Of a stretch of 47,504 nt of DNA, positions 20,798-30,234 are shown in pieces (within the stretch, counting starts at the first letter, position 1; each line of letters begins with the position of its first letter). The notes under the pieces were generated by a model. That model was not told the DNA's origin, did not search any database, and saw only the letters and a list, made by a program, of their open reading frames with translations. The stretch lies in contig JAPLKR010000116.1 of the NCBI GenBank assembly GCA_026387965.1, positions 1-47,504 on the forward strand, in the 5' to 3' direction. This DNA is from Fusobacteriota bacterium. GTDB taxonomy: Bacteria > Fusobacteriota > Fusobacteriia > JAPLKR01. The position numbers and the translations under genes are program-made.

Positions 20798-21616
20798 ATG
20801 AAAAATAATCAAACAAATCATGTAGGTTTTTTCAAAAGCATGTATTCAAATAGAAAAGTAATCAAAAAGCTTGCGAAGGACGATTTTAAAAAGCGTTATG
20901 CAGGCTCTATTTTTGGTGTGGCATGGGGATATATCCTACCACTGGTATATATATTGGTGATGTGGTTTGTATTTACATTTGGGTTTAGAACGGGCAATGT
21001 TACAGGGTCAAACGTACCTTATATATTATGGCTCACAGCGGGGATGATACCGTGGTTTTATTTTACTGAGGCGTGGAATACCGCGACTAACAGTATCGCA
21101 GAGTATAGCTTTTTGGTAAAAAGAGTGGTCTTTCAAGTGGAGACTTTGCCACTCATTAAAATCATATCGGCACTTTATGTGCACGTCTTTTTTATTCTAT
21201 TTACTTTTGTGATTATGTTGGTAACGCGTGTGCCATTTTCGATTTACAATATTCAGATTATCTATTATCTTATTATGATGTGGATTCTTTTAGTTGGAGT
21301 TGCGTGGTTTAGTGCAGCGGTGACGCCATTTTTTAGAGATTTTACCAGTATTGTAGGTGTGTGTGTGCAGGTAGGATTTTGGTTTACGCCGATATTTTGG
21401 AATATTTCGATCGTACCAGTCAAGATAAGAACCGTGTTAGAGTTAAATCCTGTGTTTTATTTTGTACAAGGGTATAGAGATAGTTTTTTTGGTCATGTAT
21501 GGTTTTGGCAGCATAGTATTCTTACCATTTGGTACTGGGTCATCTCGCTAATCATTCTTTTTGTAGGTGGGTGGGTTTTTAAGAAGTTGCGGCCGCATTT
21601 TGCGGATGTACTGTAG
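20798..21616 (+). CDS. wzm: Glycan ABC exporter permease
   Basis: DFKKRYAGS, TPIFW, LNP, YRD, FADVL C-terminus. Confidence 0.93.
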   Translation: MKNNQTNHVGFFKSMYSNRKVIKKLAKDDFKKRYAGSIFGVAWGYILPLVYILVMWFVFTFGFRTGNVTGSNVPYILWLTAGMIPWFYFTEAWNTATNSIAEYSFLVKRVVFQVETLPLIKIISALYVHVFFILFTFVIMLVTRVPFSIYNIQIIYYLIMMWILLVGVAWFSAAVTPFFRDFTSIVGVCVQVGFWFTPIFWNISIVPVKIRTVLELNPVFYFVQGYRDSFFGHVWFWQHSILTIWYWVISLIILFVGGWVFKKLRPHFADVL

Positions 21617-21698
21617 AGAGTTTTAATCACTGATTGCACGAATTTGCGCGAAAAAATAGTGAGTTCTACCAAAGGGAAAATGGTGGATGAAATCATAT

Positions 21699-21820
21699 GT
21701 GTCTGATGAAAATCTGTTAAAAGCTAAGGTGAAAACAGTAGATTTAAGTCGACTTTTGGTCAGTGTCAAAAAGAAATGTTGGTTTATTCTTAATGGTATT
21801 TTCAGATTTTAGATAGGAAT
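21699..21820. repeat. Inverted-repeat element family B
   Basis: GTCTGATGAAAATCTG...CAGATTTTAGATAGG; interior aligns with 22642-22730. Confidence 0.75.
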
Positions 21821-21886
21821 GAAAAAATGTGTAAGGAATGGGTCCTGCAACTTCGTGTAGGGTTACATTTTATTTAGGAGTGGAAA

Positions 21887-22285
21887 ATGGAATTAAAAGA
21901 TATACGTTGGAGACAACGGTTTGATAATTTTGAGCGTTCTTATGTGTTATTAAAGGAATATTTGGAGATTCATGCGCCCTCCAAGATAGAACGTGCCGGT
22001 GGCGTTCAATATTTTGAGATATGTTTTGAACTTTCTTGGAAGATGTTAAAAGATTATCTTGAGTTTCAGGGGTTGATTGTAAACTCACCTAGGGAAGCGA
22101 TTAAGCAATCGTTTCAAAATGGAATTATTCAACAGGGAGATATTTGGTTAAAGGCGTTAGAGGATAGAAATTTAACGACGCATACGTATGATGAGACTAA
22201 AGCAAGTCAGTTAGATGATAAAATTCATGGAGAATATTTTCAAATACTCAAGACGTTATATGAATTTTTTAAGGAGAAAAGGTAG
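21887..22285 (+). CDS. HEPN-domain protein (HI0074-like nucleotidyltransferase substrate-binding subunit), putative toxin
   Basis: RWRQRF, FEICFELSWK, SPRE, RNLTTHTY (R-X4-H). Confidence 0.9.
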   Translation: MELKDIRWRQRFDNFERSYVLLKEYLEIHAPSKIERAGGVQYFEICFELSWKMLKDYLEFQGLIVNSPREAIKQSFQNGIIQQGDIWLKALEDRNLTTHTYDETKASQLDDKIHGEYFQILKTLYEFFKEKR

Positions 22286-22581
22286 TGTTTGGGCTAGAAG
22301 CAGAGGATATAGAGACAATAAAAAAAGTGCTGTATAAATTTCCGGAGGTAGAAAAGGCTTTTGTGTTTGGCAGTCGAGCACTTGGAAACTATAAAAAAGG
22401 TTCGGATGTTGATATTGCATTGATTGCTAAAGATGATATAGCGGAAAGTGTGACGAGAATTTCTTATAAATTAAATGAGGAGTCTTATTTGCCTTATTAT
22501 TTTGATATTGTGGAATACAGAGCTATTGAAAATACAGAGTTAAAGCAACATATAGATGAGCATGGTATAAGAATTATTTGA
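22285..22581 (+). CDS. Minimal nucleotidyltransferase (MNT), putative antitoxin
   Basis: FGSRALGNYKKGSDVDIA (GS-X10-DXD); overlaps the HEPN stop by 1 nt. Confidence 0.9.
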   Translation: MFGLEAEDIETIKKVLYKFPEVEKAFVFGSRALGNYKKGSDVDIALIAKDDIAESVTRISYKLNEESYLPYYFDIVEYRAIENTELKQHIDEHGIRII

Positions 22582-22641
22582 GATTGACAAGATTGACGCT
22601 GATCCATAGAGGGCGCGAATAAAAGAGTCAGCGCGGTATTT

Positions 22642-22934
22642 GAACCTGACTAAAATCTGTTAAGAGCAAAGAAGAGAAAAGTAGCTTTAAGTCGTCTTTG
22701 GTCACCGTAAAAAAGGGCGTTGGATTATTCTATAGCAAATTTCCAATTACTTTGTACTATAGTCATCCCGCATTTATTTGCGAAGTAAAGCGAAGTCACA
22801 GGATCCATTCATTTGAATTCTGCAACGCTACTAAAAGCAATAGATTCTGCAATTTCATGCAGAATGATTTATGAGTTCACTCCTTTTGCCAATCTGCTAT
22901 AAACGGTAAGAGTATTCAGATTTTAAACAGGCTC
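22642..22934. repeat. Family B element containing a nested insertion
   Basis: GAACCTGACTAAAATCTG...CAGATTTTAAACAGGCTC terminal inverted repeats. Confidence 0.8.
22731..22901. mobile_element. TATAG-ended MITE-like element (family A architecture) nested in family B
   Basis: TATAGCAAATTTCCAA...TTGCCAATCTGCTATA; internal GTCATCC..GGATCC and AGATTCTGC..GCAGAATGA palindromes; absent from the sister copy at 21699-21820. Confidence 0.75.
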
Positions 22935-22995
22935 GAAAAAAGATTTGAACCGTGTCTACGCCGTAGCGAAATAATGAAATTTGAAAGGAAGTAGT

Positions 22996-24264
22996 ATGAG
23001 TGATATAGCCATAAAGGTTGAAAACCTCACTAAAATATATAAGCTGTATAATCAGCCCATCGACCGTCTCAAGGAGGTTATTGATCCACGCAGAAAGAAG
23101 TATCATAAGGACTTTCATGCCCTTAACGATGTGAGTTTTGAGATTAAAAAGGGTGAAACTGTGGGAATTATTGGGAAAAATGGTGCAGGAAAAAGTACAC
23201 TTCTTAAAATTCTAACAGGGGTGTTGACACCGACACGTGGAGATCTTGAAATTAATGGTAGAATATCTTCGCTTTTGGAGCTGGGTGCGGGGTTTAATCC
23301 TGAATATACGGGACTAAAAAATATCTATTTACAAGGGACGATTTTTGGTTATTCTGAAGAGGAAATGAAGCAAAAACTGGGTTCTATTTTAGAGTTTGCG
23401 GATATTGGTGAGTTTATTCATCAACCTTATAAGATGTATTCGTCAGGGATGGCTGCACGAGTGGCTTTTGCTACGGCAATTCATGTTGAGCCAGAGATAC
23501 TGATTGTAGATGAGGCATTGAGTGTTGGAGATGTTGCTTTTCAAAATAAGTGTATTCGAAAAATGGTATCGATGATGGGAACAGGAGTAACAGTTCTTTT
23601 TGTTAGTCATGATATTCAAGCAATAAAAAAGTTTTGTACAAAAGCGATATGGCTTAGAGATGGACAAAAAATTATGGATGGAGTTACAGAAGATGTAACT
23701 AATGCCTATATGTCTTATTCTTCGTATGGATTAGAAACACAATTTAATAAAGATACCGAGAATGTACCTGAAAAAAAATACTATCAAATGGAGTTTAAGT
23801 CAAAATTTGGTACAGGAGAGGCAGAGTATCTGTTTGTTTCTTTTTTTGATGAAAGTTATAACGAAACAAAAGTCTTAGTTCAAGGAAATAAATATTGTTT
23901 TAAAGCTTTAGTTAAAGTGAGCGAGAGAGATATTTGTGATATCGCAAGCGGACTAACATTTATCGATAGACTTAATAATAATATTTTGACTTTGAATTCA
24001 TATATGTACCACAATCCACTTGATAGAGCAATAAAACAAAGTTGTTTTGAAATTAATTTTGAATTTATGATGCCGAAAATAGCGCCAGGGGAATATGTGA
24101 TAGATGTGGCATTAGCAGAGGGGACTCAAATAGTTCATCAACAACTATGTTGGATTAATTCAGCCTTAATTATAAATGTTATTTCTAATGATAGTATTGA
24201 GGCTGGAAGCTTTTATACCATACCATTTGAACAAGTAAAAATAAATTACAAACTGGAGGTTTAA
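22996..24264 (+). CDS. wzt: Glycan ABC exporter ATPase with C-terminal Wzt_C domain
   Basis: GKNGAGKST, YSSGM, DEALSVGD, VSH; ~170 aa C-terminal extension with PGEY. Confidence 0.93.
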   Translation: MSDIAIKVENLTKIYKLYNQPIDRLKEVIDPRRKKYHKDFHALNDVSFEIKKGETVGIIGKNGAGKSTLLKILTGVLTPTRGDLEINGRISSLLELGAGFNPEYTGLKNIYLQGTIFGYSEEEMKQKLGSILEFADIGEFIHQPYKMYSSGMAARVAFATAIHVEPEILIVDEALSVGDVAFQNKCIRKMVSMMGTGVTVLFVSHDIQAIKKFCTKAIWLRDGQKIMDGVTEDVTNAYMSYSSYGLETQFNKDTENVPEKKYYQMEFKSKFGTGEAEYLFVSFFDESYNETKVLVQGNKYCFKALVKVSERDICDIASGLTFIDRLNNNILTLNSYMYHNPLDRAIKQSCFEINFEFMMPKIAPGEYVIDVALAEGTQIVHQQLCWINSALIINVISNDSIEAGSFYTIPFEQVKINYKLEV

Positions 24265-24272
24265 AGATAAAA

Positions 24273-25076
24273 ATGGCACATAACGAACAAAGAGAGTTTT
24301 GTATGCAAGTAAAAAAAAATTTTCCTCAATATTTTAAAAATTCTACGGTACTTGATATTGGGTCTTTAGATATTAATGGAAGTAATCAAGCATTATTTGA
24401 AACTTGTGTTTATTTTGGAGTAGATATTGGCGATGGAAGAAATGTGGATATTATTTCAAAAGGTCATGAGTTAGCATTGGAAGGCGCTACGTTTGATGTG
24501 ATTATTTCTACTGAATGTTTCGAACATGATATGTATTATAAAGAAACGTTAAATAATATTTATAGAATGCTGAAGCCAGGAGGGTTGTTGATTTTTACGT
24601 GTGCAACAACAGGTAGACCAGAGCATGGGACTAAAAGAACAGAGACTGTTCAAGATGCACCATTACTTTCTAATTTTTCAGAGTGGAGTGATTATTACAA
24701 AAATCTTACTGAAGCTGATATTCGAGAGGTAATGGATTGTGAGAAGTTATTTAGTGAATTTTTGTTTGATACTAATATAAAATCATTTGATTTATATTTT
24801 TGTGGTATTAAAAATAGCGTAGTAGAAAACATTGCTCAAAATAATGGCATTATTCCAAATGAAGTACTTTTTGAAAAGATTCGTAAAAGAAGCCATGAAT
24901 ATAATAAAATTCGAGAACAAGAAAATGAGTTGGGTGAAAAAATTCTAGAAATCCAAAAAAAAGCAGAAGAGAATCGTATTAAATCCCAAGAGCTTACCAA
25001 CATCTATAATAGCAAGAGTTGGAAGGTGTCGCAGTTCATGCTGAATGTGGCGAGAAAGCTGAAAGTGGTGAAGTAG
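24273..25076 (+). CDS. Class I SAM methyltransferase with coiled-coil tail
   Basis: VLDIGS, FDVIISTECFEH, LKPGG; charged heptad region then NSKSWK. Confidence 0.85.
   Translation: MAHNEQREFCMQVKKNFPQYFKNSTVLDIGSLDINGSNQALFETCVYFGVDIGDGRNVDIISKGHELALEGATFDVIISTECFEHDMYYKETLNNIYRMLKPGGLLIFTCATTGRPEHGTKRTETVQDAPLLSNFSEWSDYYKNLTEADIREVMDCEKLFSEFLFDTNIKSFDLYFCGIKNSVVENIAQNNGIIPNEVLFEKIRKRSHEYNKIREQENELGEKILEIQKKAEENRIKSQELTNIYNSKSWKVSQFMLNVARKLKVVK
24999..25076 (+). repeat. 78-bp direct repeat, copy 1 (3' end of the methyltransferase)
   Basis: 73/78 identical to 26700-26777. Confidence 0.95.
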
Positions 25077-25085
25077 GGGGGGCAG

Positions 25086-25511
25086 TTGAGGAAATTGAAA
25101 AAGAAGAGAGTAAAAAAAGGAAATATAATATCAGGGGAAAATTCAATTGCTATTATTGGCGGAGATATTATAGGTGATGATTACGATATTGAAGTATCTA
25201 ATAATTCACTACTACAAGTTGGGGGTAATATTATTGGTAGAGTAACAATGCCCTCATGTGAAGTCAAAGAAAATTCTCACCTTATTGTGAAGAATGATTT
25301 TAAGTATGAAACACATTTAGAAGCAATATATAAGGATGAAAGTTTTCGCAATTTGCCAGCTCCGATTCAAGCTAAAATTATTAGAGAATTGATGAGACCA
25401 AGTGGGGATAAGATGGAAACCATAAGTACGATTCTATCAACATTAAATAATAGTGCGGAATTGACTAATAATGTGTTTGAATTATTAAGACGCATTGGAG
25501 TGATAAAGTAG
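25086..25511 (+). CDS. Hypothetical protein with three short beta-type repeats
   Basis: 141-aa ORF behind a G-rich RBS; no family recognised; start uncertain. Confidence 0.6.
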   Translation: MRKLKKKRVKKGNIISGENSIAIIGGDIIGDDYDIEVSNNSLLQVGGNIIGRVTMPSCEVKENSHLIVKNDFKYETHLEAIYKDESFRNLPAPIQAKIIRELMRPSGDKMETISTILSTLNNSAELTNNVFELLRRIGVIK

Positions 25512-25676
25512 ATTATATGTGTTACCAAAAACATATTACTACATTATTCTATATAGGAGATATTTGACATCATGTTTGAGTTCTTATATCAACACTTAGA
25601 TTTAATTAAAATTGTAATCAAAAATTAAAATTATAAATCGAGATATTAGTTAATAATTATATTGGAAGGAAGAGTA

Positions 25677-26777
25677 ATGGATAATAATAGAGAATCTGAT
25701 TTTATACTTCTCAATCGAGGCGATGATCTCAGTTTGAAATATAGAGAAAGTGCTGATTGTGTTTTAAAAATTCCATTTGAGTTTCCAATGTTAAATACTA
25801 AATATAGTATTGCTGTAGTAATTCATATTTTCTATGTAGATTTAATTGTTGAAATTCAAGACTATCTTAATAACATTCTATTTGATTTTGATATATATAT
25901 TTCAACGGACACATTACAAAAAAAGATATATATTGAAAATCAATTTATGAAATTCAATAAAAGAGTTGAGGTCAGAGTATTTCCAAATCGAGGAAGAGAT
26001 ATTGCGCCATTTGTTGTAGGATTTCGAGATGTCATTGAGCAATATAAATATATATTGCACATACATACGAAAAAATCTTTAACACATCCACAAGCTTCTG
26101 AGTGGAGAAAATATTTGTTTGATAGATTATTAGGGAGCCCAGAAATTATAAGAAGTATTTTTTTATTATTAGAACATAAAGAAATCGGTATGGTATTTCC
26201 AGATCACTATCCTTTTCTTAAGCCGTTCATTAGCTGGGGCGGTAATTATGATTTGTCAAAAGAGGAACTTAAGAGGGTTAATTTTAATCTTTCATTGAGT
26301 AATAGAGTTGAATTTCCTTCTGGATCAATGTTTTGGGCTAAAACAGAAGCATTAAAAGAATTGTTTAAACAAAATTACGAGTGGGATAGTTTTCCGGGGG
26401 AGCAAGGACAGATTAATGGGACATTAGCTCATTCTATTGAAAGAACTTTTTTGTATTATGTTGAACTATCACAAAGAAAATGGATAAAAGTAGATATTGA
26501 TTGTGGAAGAGTTGTTAATTCAATAGAAGATTGTAGTGAAATAATCCAAGGATTACCAAGTATATTAAGTTATCATCCTGAACAGTTTGAAAAATTAGTC
26601 AACGATTTATGTATAAAACAATCTAATCGATTGATTAACTTAATGCAAGAAGTTGAAATTATTTCTAATGAGCGAGATTATAATAAAGAAATTATTGAAA
26701 ACATCTATAATAGCAAGAGTTGGAAGTTGTCGCAGTTCATGCTGAATGTGGCGAAAAAGCTGAGAGTGGTGGAGTAA
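25677..26777 (+). CDS. Rhamnan synthesis F (RgpF-like) protein
   Basis: HIFY, NRGRDIAPF, HIHTKKS, FPSGSMFW, GTLAHSIER. Confidence 0.88.
   Translation: MDNNRESDFILLNRGDDLSLKYRESADCVLKIPFEFPMLNTKYSIAVVIHIFYVDLIVEIQDYLNNILFDFDIYISTDTLQKKIYIENQFMKFNKRVEVRVFPNRGRDIAPFVVGFRDVIEQYKYILHIHTKKSLTHPQASEWRKYLFDRLLGSPEIIRSIFLLLEHKEIGMVFPDHYPFLKPFISWGGNYDLSKEELKRVNFNLSLSNRVEFPSGSMFWAKTEALKELFKQNYEWDSFPGEQGQINGTLAHSIERTFLYYVELSQRKWIKVDIDCGRVVNSIEDCSEIIQGLPSILSYHPEQFEKLVNDLCIKQSNRLINLMQEVEIISNERDYNKEIIENIYNSKSWKLSQFMLNVAKKLRVVE
26700..26777 (+). repeat. 78-bp direct repeat, copy 2 (3' end of the RgpF-like gene)
   Basis: 73/78 identical to 24999-25076. Confidence 0.95.
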
Positions 26778-26805
26778 TATTTTATCCTAAAAAAGAGGAG
26801 TAAGA

Positions 26806-28098
26806 ATGAATTTAGATGTATTTAATCAAGGATTTAAAGTATTCCGCGAAGAGGGGTTAAAAGCTCTTATTCAAAAAGCAAAGATTTTTTGCATTAACAA
26901 ACGAAATGAAAATAGTAGTAAAGAAAAAACAGCTTCAGATTTAATAAACAATCGTTTTAGAAATATTCAAAAAATACCAAGTTTTTTTTGTCCAACAAAC
27001 GATGGAAAGAGAATTAATTTAGTAACAGATAGTATAGAAAGCCATAGTTTATTAGGAGGTGTTGCAACAGCAATAATATTTGCAACCATGCTCTCGAAGC
27101 AATGGCAAGTGCCACTCAGAGTGATAACTCGGACAACCCCTCCCAATGCTCGAAACTTCAAGAAAATATTATCGTTGCTCAGTATTGATATCCCGAATAA
27201 TATTGAGTTTTATTCGGATTATGATCGCGATTTTTTTGGAGATAAAGTAAATAAACTAGATGTCCACGAAGAAGATATTTTTATTGCAACTTCATGGTGG
27301 AGTGCTGAAGCGATACGTAAAACGACTATCAAAAAAGAGTTTATTTATATCATACAGGAAGTTGAACAATTTTTTTATGATTATGGTGATGAACATTTGT
27401 TGTGCTCACAGTTAATGAAAGAAAAAGATATTATTTTTATTGTAAATTCAAAATGGTTATATGATTATTTTACTATGAATGAAAAAAATATTGCAGAAAA
27501 TGGAGTCTATTTTCATCCTTCTTTTTCAAATTCCTTATTTACCCCAATATTTGAAAAAAGAAAAGAAAAATATCAGTTGTTTTTTTATGCAAGGCCAAAC
27601 AATTCCAGAAATTTATTTTATTATGGAGTAAATGTAATCAATAGGGCAATCAATGAAGGAATAATAGATATAAGTGAATGGGATATTAATTTTGTAGGTC
27701 AAGGAGTTCCAGAGTTTACTTTTGATAATGGATATAAATGTAATATTATAGGACAGTTAGAATGGAAAGAGTATGCTAAGTTTTTAGAGTCTATTGATTT
27801 AGCTATTTCCTTAATGTATACACCACACCCAAGTTATCCTCCATTTGATGTTTTGATGGCAGGAGGTGTTGTATTGACGAACCGTTTTATGAATAAACAG
27901 GAAATTGACTGGTCTAAAAATGTGATATTATCAGAATTAAACGAAGAAGATATGATGAAAAATATTAAAATTTCTGTTGAGATGGCAAAAAATTCTCAAA
28001 TTAGAAAGAGTAATTTTGAGGAATCTCAAATTCCTCAAAATTGGACATTATCGTTTGTTGAGTCAATAAAATACTGTGAGGACAGATTAAATGTATAA
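26806..28098 (+). CDS. WsaF-like GT-B rhamnosyltransferase
   Basis: GGVATA, IATSWWSA, YIIQEVE, FYARP, SLMYTPHPSYPP. Confidence 0.75.
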   Translation: MNLDVFNQGFKVFREEGLKALIQKAKIFCINKRNENSSKEKTASDLINNRFRNIQKIPSFFCPTNDGKRINLVTDSIESHSLLGGVATAIIFATMLSKQWQVPLRVITRTTPPNARNFKKILSLLSIDIPNNIEFYSDYDRDFFGDKVNKLDVHEEDIFIATSWWSAEAIRKTTIKKEFIYIIQEVEQFFYDYGDEHLLCSQLMKEKDIIFIVNSKWLYDYFTMNEKNIAENGVYFHPSFSNSLFTPIFEKRKEKYQLFFYARPNNSRNLFYYGVNVINRAINEGIIDISEWDINFVGQGVPEFTFDNGYKCNIIGQLEWKEYAKFLESIDLAISLMYTPHPSYPPFDVLMAGGVVLTNRFMNKQEIDWSKNVILSELNEEDMMKNIKISVEMAKNSQIRKSNFEESQIPQNWTLSFVESIKYCEDRLNV

Positions 28099-29290
28099 TA
28101 TTATTAAAAAAAAATATAGTTTGATTAATTCAATTCCTTGGGAAATGTCGTTTGAAGAACGCTTAAATTTTTTGATGAAATTTTCAAAACAGTATAAATT
28201 AATGGTACATATTTATGAAAAAGCAGATACCTCTACATTTCGATATCGTTGTTATAATATTTATCAACTATTATTAAAAAGTGAGACGTGGAGATCAATA
28301 TATTTTTTTGACAATGAAGTTAACAAGATATTGGCATATCTTGATATCATTGATGTAGTAACAATTGTAAGAGCAAGATTTTCACTTAATATTCTAGAGT
28401 TAATAGGAAGAGTAAAAGCGAAAAAAATACCTCTTGTATTTGATGTAGATGACTTAGTTTTTGATCTCAAAAAATTACCATTGCTTACAAATACTTTGAA
28501 TGTTCGACTTAAAAATCATGTAGAGTATGATTTTTGGTTTGCGTACATAGGGAGAATTTCGTTAGTAGGAGAATATGCAGATTATTGTACAACGACCAAT
28601 GAATTTTTAGCAGAACGGTTAATGAAAAAATATAATAAACCGACGCACATTATTCCTAATGGGTTAAATCATGAGCAAATTCAAATTTCACAAGAGTGCC
28701 TTAGTTATAAAAAGAATGATAAAACAAATCAGAACTTCTGCATTGGGTATTTCAGTGGAACACCATCGCATATAAATGATTTTTTATCAGTTTCAGATGA
28801 AATAGAAATGCTCTTGAATGAATTTGAAAATATCACACTAAAAATTGTTGGTTTTATGGAGATTCCGGAAAAATTATTATATCTAGTTAAGTCAAAAAAA
28901 ATTATTCAAGAACCTCTTCAAAATTTTATTGATTTACAAAAAAAAATAGCAGAAGTTGATGTAAATATTGTCCCACTTGTCAACAATGAATTTACGAATT
29001 GTAAATCGGAATTAAAATACTTTGAGGCCGCCATCGTTCATACAATAACGTGTGCTTCTCCGACTTATATGTTTGTAAATAATATTACGCAAAGTGAAAC
29101 GGGTTTTATTTGTAAGCCAGGTGAATGGTATGAAACAATAAAGAAAATCTATTCTTTGAGTTTTTCTGAAAGAAAGGAAATTGCTGAAAATTCATACCAA
29201 TACTGTTTAAAAAAATATTCCGGCTCAGATGTTATTAAAAATATTGAAAAAGTTTATGATGAGATAGTAATGGAGGGGAATGAAGAATAA
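28091..29290 (+). CDS. GT-B (GT4-like) glycosyltransferase
   Basis: RYRC, FDVDDLVF, GYFSGTPSH, KSELKYFEA. Confidence 0.85.
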   Translation: MYNIIKKKYSLINSIPWEMSFEERLNFLMKFSKQYKLMVHIYEKADTSTFRYRCYNIYQLLLKSETWRSIYFFDNEVNKILAYLDIIDVVTIVRARFSLNILELIGRVKAKKIPLVFDVDDLVFDLKKLPLLTNTLNVRLKNHVEYDFWFAYIGRISLVGEYADYCTTTNEFLAERLMKKYNKPTHIIPNGLNHEQIQISQECLSYKKNDKTNQNFCIGYFSGTPSHINDFLSVSDEIEMLLNEFENITLKIVGFMEIPEKLLYLVKSKKIIQEPLQNFIDLQKKIAEVDVNIVPLVNNEFTNCKSELKYFEAAIVHTITCASPTYMFVNNITQSETGFICKPGEWYETIKKIYSLSFSERKEIAENSYQYCLKKYSGSDVIKNIEKVYDEIVMEGNEE

Positions 29291-30233
29291 ATATGCTCAT
29301 TATGCGGCCAAAGACTTGATTATATTACAAATAGAGCAATTGATAAAAACCTACTTTAGTTTTTTTTGGAAACGAAAAACTGGTGTTAATTATCAAGCAA
29401 TCTACTCTTCGGAGCCTAAGAAGAGTAATTTGTGTTTGTTTTCAGCTTTTTCACATGGCAATATTGCTGAATACGGATATTATTATCTGAGTGAGATAAT
29501 GAAACTTGAAATGGACGTTGTGTATATTTCGGCCTCTAAAATTTCCGATATCGATAGAAATAAACTTATCAAAATTGGTATTATTCAAATTATTGAAAAA
29601 GAAAATATTATGCCAGATTTTTCTGCATGGAAAATTGGATTAGAATTAAATGACTATGGGATGAATTGCGATAGTGTATTGCTGGCTAATGACAGCGTTT
29701 TCGGCCCACTTTTTAATCTCAAAGATTGTGTAAATGAGATGCAAGCAAGAAAAAGTGACTTTTGGGGCATGACAGATTCCTTTTCCTTAAAATACCACCT
29801 TCAAAGTTATTTTTTATGGTTTAACCAATCGGTTATTTCAAGTATTGCATGGGAGAGTTTTTGGAAAAAATTAAAAACATATACAGATAAAAAAGTTGTG
29901 ATATATCGCTATGAAACACGATTTACCCAATATTTCTTGAAAAGAGGATTTACTTCTGATTCTTTTATAAAATATACTGATTTTGAAGAAGAAATATTGC
30001 GTGTTGATAAAAAATATAAAAATTGTAACTACTTAATTTATATGTGGAAAGAGTTGATTGAAGAAAAAAAATTTCCTTTTTTGAAGAGAAGTATTGTAGA
30101 ATATGAAAAAATTCGGACAATGTTATTTCACGAAATAAATCATGATTGGAAAAGTGCACTAATGAATTCAACATCCTATCCCATCGACTATATTTTAAAG
30201 TATTTGAAAAATGCGGATAAAGACAGGAGATAA
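29280..30233 (+). CDS. Rhamnan synthesis F-related protein (RgpF N-terminal-type domain)
   Basis: DFSAWK, LANDSVFGPL, DFWGMT, HLQSYFL, FPFLK. Confidence 0.85.
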   Translation: MKNKYAHYAAKDLIILQIEQLIKTYFSFFWKRKTGVNYQAIYSSEPKKSNLCLFSAFSHGNIAEYGYYYLSEIMKLEMDVVYISASKISDIDRNKLIKIGIIQIIEKENIMPDFSAWKIGLELNDYGMNCDSVLLANDSVFGPLFNLKDCVNEMQARKSDFWGMTDSFSLKYHLQSYFLWFNQSVISSIAWESFWKKLKTYTDKKVVIYRYETRFTQYFLKRGFTSDSFIKYTDFEEEILRVDKKYKNCNYLIYMWKELIEEKKFPFLKRSIVEYEKIRTMLFHEINHDWKSALMNSTSYPIDYILKYLKNADKDRR

Positions 30234-30234
30234 A

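Noticed and set aside
22958-22970. CGCCGTAGCG as an ops/JUMPStart site
   Set aside because: Only 8/10 match to GGCGGTAGCG, sister copies diverge further, and no RfaH/NusG paralogue is in the window
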